This document shows, piece after piece, positions 24,120 to 28,794 of a stretch of DNA of 28,794 bases. The first letter of the stretch is position 1; each line of letters starts with the position of its first letter. This stretch comes from a virus (Duplodnaviria > Caudoviricetes). The notes below the pieces were generated by a model. That model had not been told where the DNA came from and did no database searches. It worked only from the letters and a program-made list of their open reading frames with translations. Position numbers and translations under genes: made by a program. The stretch is from positions 1 to 28,794 of IMG/VR virus record IMGVR_UViG_3300038675_000789, one strand, 5' to 3'.

Positions 24120-24574
24120 TGCCTCCCCAAAAATCCCTCATCCCGAAGCCCCGCGGCCCGCCCAGGACGCCTCCTGAGCTGCGGTCGCTGAAGCTCAGCA
24201 TCTCCTTCAGAGCTGACCAGAAGGCCTACCTGGCCCGGATGAAGCTCGATCACCGTCTATCCAGGCTCTGCCAGCAGGCGGTAGACCTGGAGGCGGATAT
24301 GCTAGATCTGCCTGATGGCCTTCGCGATGATGCGCTGGAAGCTGCTGCTGCCAGCTTCTTCGATGAGTGGGCTGTGGCTGGATCGTATGCGATCAGCCAG
24401 GATGAGCTGATCCAGCACAAGGCAACATCTGGGGAGATGGCACTGGACGCCGAGGCCCTGGGGATCGCGCCGGGAAAGCTCATCGCTGCCCTGCGTGACC
24501 TCTGGGATCTGGAAAAGGAGTATGCGCTGAGGAAGGCGGCGGTGCTCAGGAAATATAGGAGTGGAAAGAGATGA
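24119..24574 (+). CDS. Hypothetical protein, N-terminal RHH-like segment
   Basis: LKLSISFRADQKAYL...LSRLCQQAVD; TGATG coupling. Confidence 0.7.
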   Translation: MPPQKSLIPKPRGPPRTPPELRSLKLSISFRADQKAYLARMKLDHRLSRLCQQAVDLEADMLDLPDGLRDDALEAAAASFFDEWAVAGSYAISQDELIQHKATSGEMALDAEALGIAPGKLIAALRDLWDLEKEYALRKAAVLRKYRSGKR

Positions 24575-25158
24575 AATTGGCATCGTTTATATTAATGTTG
24601 GTCGCATTAATTTGTAGTGGCTGCATACAGCCATCTCCTGAAGAAGTATACGATACCCCTATTACCTTGCCAATCAACGCCAGTCCGGTTGATACACTCA
24701 AAGAGAGCTTGAGGACTATGACCGATGCGGATGGCTCACGCGGGGTCACATTGTTTTTGGATGCATTCGACAAGAACAGAGTAACTCTAAGTGCAAAAGC
24801 GGATGAACCATCCGATTTTGTTGATACCATAGCAGCAATCATTATCATAGATCTCCATCTAAACACTCAAAATATAACTCCTGAGGAATATACTGTGAAA
24901 TATAGTGGTCGGTACTTCTCCAATTCCGGGGATTTTAAAATAACAAAAAAACAAATAGCCCGGATCGATCAGAACACACAGAACCAGGGATTGTTGGAAG
25001 CTGTTATAGCCGCCATGGCTAAGGGGGATTTTGGAGACGACATGAAGACACGCGGGAAGTATCTCACCGACAATGCTTATACGCCTAGCAATGAAAGACT
25101 CGAACTATACAAGGGATATGTTTCGCGGCCACGGTGGATGATAATAGAGATCCAGTGA
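24571..25158 (+). CDS. Putative lipoprotein
   Basis: MKLASFILMLVALICSGC lipobox-type signal. Confidence 0.75.
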   Translation: MKLASFILMLVALICSGCIQPSPEEVYDTPITLPINASPVDTLKESLRTMTDADGSRGVTLFLDAFDKNRVTLSAKADEPSDFVDTIAAIIIIDLHLNTQNITPEEYTVKYSGRYFSNSGDFKITKKQIARIDQNTQNQGLLEAVIAAMAKGDFGDDMKTRGKYLTDNAYTPSNERLELYKGYVSRPRWMIIEIQ

Positions 25159-25220
25159 GGGGCGGGCGGCATCACCACATACGGTGTTTTGAATAGAGGA
25201 GAATAACAGGAGGAAAAAGA

Positions 25221-25454
25221 ATGACTGAAAAAGTGTGGGTCCGTTTGGGCGGAAAAGATGGGGTGTACCTGGTAGAGGGCGAGGACTACACCGTGGACCG
25301 CGATGCGGGGCTGCTCACGATCAACGAAAAAGCGTGGGCGAAGGTTCCTGCCAAGTGCATCAAATATCCAGACGTTCCGGTGGATGTTGGATATGTGGAG
25401 GAAGGTCAGGAGGAGATGGGCAATGGGGGGGGAATAAATGCTAACGACGAGTGA
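25221..25454 (+). CDS. Small hypothetical protein
   Basis: GGAGG RBS; LVEGEDYTVDRDAGLLTI. Confidence 0.65.
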   Translation: MTEKVWVRLGGKDGVYLVEGEDYTVDRDAGLLTINEKAWAKVPAKCIKYPDVPVDVGYVEEGQEEMGNGGGINANDE

Positions 25455-25686
25455 TGGCATCTGGATATTTATTATATGCGCGGGAATACCTCTCGGGTGG
25501 GGGATTGGTTATTTTGGCCCACTGATTGTATTTGGATTTTATCAGTGGTGGACCCACAAGAACGATTATAAGAGTCCACGCCGGCACAGCAAATACCACC
25601 AGATGGTGCCCCATGGAGCCCTACCGAGGCCAATCGGCATGCAAATAACTCTGCGACCAGTAGGTCCGCAGGAGGAAAAGAGATGA
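25438..25686 (+). CDS. Small membrane protein
   Basis: Hydrophobic N-terminal half, basic tail. Confidence 0.6.
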   Translation: MLTTSDGIWIFIICAGIPLGWGIGYFGPLIVFGFYQWWTHKNDYKSPRRHSKYHQMVPHGALPRPIGMQITLRPVGPQEEKR

Positions 25687-26018
25687 GTGCTTCAGGACCA
25701 TGCCCTCGATGCGGTGCGTACTACAGCACCACATGCGGCCAGGGAAGGGGGTGGTTCATCTATGGGGGGGCGGTGTACGATCCGGTGGCTTTCAATCCCG
25801 AAAGCTACAATAACAAAATCCTTCTCGATGGTGTCTTCAGTGCGTTGGACGTACTCTATGAAGCAGTAAAGCACTACCTTTCCGACCGCCCGTTGTGGAA
25901 GGATGAAACATCCCCGATATTGAATCAGCGGGTCGAAGTGTGTATGCGATGCGGATTTATTTATGGGGAAGCCACCGACCTACAGAAAAGGTTGTGGGGC
26001 ATCCACCAGGAGGGATGA
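25683..26018 (+). CDS. Zn-binding hypothetical protein
   Basis: CPRCG...CMRCG; GGAGG RBS, ATGA overlap. Confidence 0.65.
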   Translation: MSASGPCPRCGAYYSTTCGQGRGWFIYGGAVYDPVAFNPESYNNKILLDGVFSALDVLYEAVKHYLSDRPLWKDETSPILNQRVEVCMRCGFIYGEATDLQKRLWGIHQEG

Positions 26019-26065
26019 GGAAACGCAAGGAATCCCCAAAGGTAGTTTGGTGTTGGTCAACTACC

Positions 26066-27226
26066 CTACGCTTCCATGAGGCTCGACCCCTCCTGTATAT
26101 CGCTCTTTTTTCCTGCCCATGTACATCCCCTGGCGACGATGGTACTCTGCACCGGGTTGGGGTCCGTGGTGCAATAGCAGCCCCCAGGTGCGACTATCTG
26201 GCAGTTTTTGGCCTCTGCATACGATTTGCCGACCGCATGAATCCCAAAGTGCCCTTCTATCTGGCAGGCTTCCAGCAGAACACGCGCCGATTCATAGAAG
26301 TACGTCGCCCCTCCAAAAGATGATGCCTTGTTGGGATCGCTCATCAGGATCGAGTTCTTGATCGAGCCGGCCCCGTCCCTGACGACAAAGCCATATGAGG
26401 AAGCAGCTTTTGAGCAGTCCATCTCGATATTGCTCAGGGCGAAGTCGTTGACCTGCCAGCAAGTGATCTGGCTGTCGGTCTTGAATCGGGTTGCTGTAAC
26501 GTTGTCTGACCCCCTGGTCCTCCAATCGTCGTTGCCATTCAGGAACAGCCCGACCCGGCACCCATAAGCCTGGCAGTCTATCACCTGGCTGTTCTTGTTG
26601 GTATCGAGCATGATCCCTTCGGCGGCACAGTTCCTGGCTATGACGTTGCGGACGGTCTCGTTCACTCCCGGCCCGCTTCCGTTGTTCCCCAGGTACATGC
26701 CTGCTCCGTGGGAGTTCTGGAATACCAGATTTTCGAATACCCCATTGGATCTCTGAGAGCCCACCAGGAGCAGGGCCTCACCGTCGTGGGGCTCAGCAGC
26801 ACTTTGCCGCGCCCTGTCCCCCTCGAAGGTAACCCCTCGCAGGCTGAAGCTGGAATAGCCCAGGTCGAAGCCTCTCTTGCCCCTAACCAGCATCAGAGCG
26901 ACATGCCGCCCTTCTCGCCTCTGGCCGGGAGCAAGCTGCAAGATCGTCTGACCGACACCCGCGCCCGTGATGTGCATTCCCTTATCGATGATCGGGATGG
27001 AGCAGTAGAATAGATTGCTCCCATCGGGATCCAGACCGAACGCATACGGAGCTGAGAATACATATCGCCCTTTGCCTATGTTCAGGCTGCCGCCATTCGG
27101 CACGGCATCGATCGCCGCCTTGAACAGTGCCCTGGCGTTCCCTTTGATCTGGCAGGCAGCTATTTGCTTACCGCCCGCCTTTGCGATCGTGTATTGTCCT
27201 GACTGATAGATTTCTACATTAGCCAT
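26066..27226 (-). CDS. Right-handed beta-helix protein without signal peptide (tailspike/depolymerase candidate)
   Basis: Start refined to ATG 27226 (GAGG RBS); FKAAIDAVPNGGSLNIGKGRY, ITGAGVGQTIL; follows baseplate J. Confidence 0.85.
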   Translation of the reverse strand: MANVEIYQSGQYTIAKAGGKQIAACQIKGNARALFKAAIDAVPNGGSLNIGKGRYVFSAPYAFGLDPDGSNLFYCSIPIIDKGMHITGAGVGQTILQLAPGQRREGRHVALMLVRGKRGFDLGYSSFSLRGVTFEGDRARQSAAEPHDGEALLLVGSQRSNGVFENLVFQNSHGAGMYLGNNGSGPGVNETVRNVIARNCAAEGIMLDTNKNSQVIDCQAYGCRVGLFLNGNDDWRTRGSDNVTATRFKTDSQITCWQVNDFALSNIEMDCSKAASSYGFVVRDGAGSIKNSILMSDPNKASSFGGATYFYESARVLLEACQIEGHFGIHAVGKSYAEAKNCQIVAPGGCYCTTDPNPVQSTIVARGCTWAGKKSDIQEGSSLMEA

Positions 27227-27359
27227 TATTTTTTCCTCTTCAGAACCTTTTTGACATGCTTTTTCCATTCAGCAACGGACAGCCGCAGGCAGACATCGCA
27301 AGAGGTGCCCGTTGTCCTGCAGTGCTCGAAAGCCGGGCACTCTCCTATCGTGGGCATGA

Positions 27360-28793
27360 TTACACCGAGGTTACGGTGACTGTGCCGGTTTCTATTCGTT
27401 CATCGCCATCCATTACCACCTTCTGGCCAAAACCGGTGATGGTCGAGCCCTTACAGGTGATTGAAAAGCTTGAAACATCGTCTATCCCAGAAAAGGCCCG
27501 TCCGGTCGCATAATCGATGTAAATGTATTTGACCAGGTCAGCATACTCCAGGTCTTCGCCTATCCGGTACGAAGCCAGTTTAGCCTCCAGGCTTGCCTGG
27601 ACGTTTGCCAGCAGGTTAAGCTCTGGTGTGGTGGTGAGCACAAGATCGAGATCTATGTCTACGTCCTGTAGTTCTGGCGGCACCCATAGCCGGGGATAGA
27701 TCCCTCTGCCCATGAACAGATCAAAGCTCAGGCTTCCGGCATAGGTCGATGATAGAATCTTGGTGGCATAAGGATACTCCGAGTCCATAGTCGCCAGAAC
27801 CATAGCCCCCGCCGGAGATCCGGCTGGGATGGTGGCCGTACCGTTCTTGCTGGTCGCGCCCGGTTCTTCATAGACAAACGGTATCTCGATATCGATGGGC
27901 GTGAACTGCAGGTTGCGGACCCAAACCGGAGCTCCGGCACAATCTCCTATCTCAAAACTGTCACCAGCATCACGAAGACTCGCGCCCAGGACACCGCAAG
28001 CCGTGCAGCCTGCAGCGATATTGTCATAAATCATCTTGTCCAGAGCAGTATCAATCCCGCTGATGGCATCTATCACCAGAAGGACATCACCCTGCCCCAG
28101 AGTCTCGACCTGAGCCTCGTGGACGCCATAGACCCCATCGATATGCTCTTCCATGAGCGGTATGGTAGCCCTGCCAGGCAGCCAGATAGTATAGAGAGCC
28201 CTTTCCCTGAGGTCGCTATCAGACTCTTCATCAGTTCCGCCAGTGAAAGGTGAGTCATTGGTACAGTTGGTAATCCCGATCACGGGAGTGCGGATGATCG
28301 ATATCAGGCCGGCCACAACGTTCCCCGCTGTTCCGACGTCGGATGCTGTGGCGGGCACGTAGACCTGAGTATTTCCGGTCGCCAGGATGGCCACATCATC
28401 AGTCTGGAACTCAGTGAGCGTGCCATCTTCGGCCACAGCAGCACATATGGTATTGGCTGGAATGGTGATGTCGCTTGCAGCTGGTGTGGACCGGCTGAAT
28501 ATGATAACTCCAGCGGCGTTCGTCCCCGGCTGCCTTCCTTCCGGCAGCATCGACAGGACGATGGCTGAGAGAGCATCGCCCTCGGCGGTGAGGACGTTGG
28601 AGTCTTTGACCTTCTGTTTTAGAAGCTGTATGAACACCCAGAACTGTGTGGATACGGCCTCTGCCAATATCGAATTGAAGGTTGCTACTCCCGTGTCCTG
28701 CAGGAGCGGATCTCTTGAAGTTATATAAGTCAGCCAATCCTCGTATAAATCTTCTGCTGACATTTCAAGGAACTCTGTAAAATCGATTGCCAT
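27360..28793 (-). CDS. Baseplate J/gp47-like wedge protein
   Basis: AEGDAL...RQPGTNAAGVIIFSR...IPANT...GTAGNVVAGLI...TNDSPFTGGTDEESDSDLRER. Confidence 0.92.
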   Translation of the reverse strand: MAIDFTEFLEMSAEDLYEDWLTYITSRDPLLQDTGVATFNSILAEAVSTQFWVFIQLLKQKVKDSNVLTAEGDALSAIVLSMLPEGRQPGTNAAGVIIFSRSTPAASDITIPANTICAAVAEDGTLTEFQTDDVAILATGNTQVYVPATASDVGTAGNVVAGLISIIRTPVIGITNCTNDSPFTGGTDEESDSDLRERALYTIWLPGRATIPLMEEHIDGVYGVHEAQVETLGQGDVLLVIDAISGIDTALDKMIYDNIAAGCTACGVLGASLRDAGDSFEIGDCAGAPVWVRNLQFTPIDIEIPFVYEEPGATSKNGTATIPAGSPAGAMVLATMDSEYPYATKILSSTYAGSLSFDLFMGRGIYPRLWVPPELQDVDIDLDLVLTTTPELNLLANVQASLEAKLASYRIGEDLEYADLVKYIYIDYATGRAFSGIDDVSSFSITCKGSTITGFGQKVVMDGDERIETGTVTVTSV

Positions 28794-28794
28794 A

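Larger units (their letters stand above)
1..28794. mobile_element. Archaeal tailed virus / provirus genome segment (Caudoviricetes, likely myovirus-type)
   Basis: Portal, TerL, TerS, HNH, baseplate J, tyrosine recombinase and a dense operon of small ATGA-coupled genes. No host housekeeping genes are visible. Confidence 0.93.

Noticed and set aside
26066-27226. Beta-helix paralogues as a DGR template/variable pair
   Set aside because: Divergence is spread across the whole gene and is not adenine-specific. There is no near-identical ~100-bp repeat and no reverse transcriptase in the window.

Overview
The whole window looks like part of the genome of a tailed archaeal virus (Caudoviricetes, with a baseplate J gene implying a contractile tail). 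The host is probably a methanogen of the Methanosarcinales/Methanothrix type. That is an inference from the TATA-like promoters, GGAGG/GGTGA ribosome-binding sites, ATGA-coupled genes, a tRNA without encoded CCA, an MCM-type winged helix and an 'RGD'-type tyrosine recombinase. On the minus strand from the left are the portal (running off the window), an HNH nuclease, TerL, TerS, an atypical tRNA-Thr(UGU), a secreted beta-helix protein, and a long early operon of small HTH/Zn-finger/coiled-coil genes that also includes GIY-YIG, ParB-like and AAA_24 (Sak4-like) genes. A plus-strand block (18.6-26.0 kb) carries AbrB, a coiled-coil/wHTH protein, an RHH-coil-wHTH protein, a tyrosine recombinase split by a 387-bp ORF-less IS200/IS605-type element, a repeat-rich att-like region containing an RHH gene, and accessory genes. 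At the right are a second beta-helix paralogue and baseplate J. The main signals are: (1) two paralogous coiled-coil/wHTH genes, each followed by its own heptamer-based inverted repeat around a ~155-bp AT-rich spacer (candidate initiator+origin cassettes); (2) a GIY-YIG nuclease fused to an MCM-like C-terminal winged helix next to one of these cassettes; (3) a scarlessly excisable IS605-like unit in the integrase that carries a strand-specific structured RNA whose predicted guide would target the repaired integrase; (4) a secreted/virion pair of beta-helix paralogues; (5) twin CCUCC-loop hairpins. All family calls come from motif recognition by eye; no database search was run.
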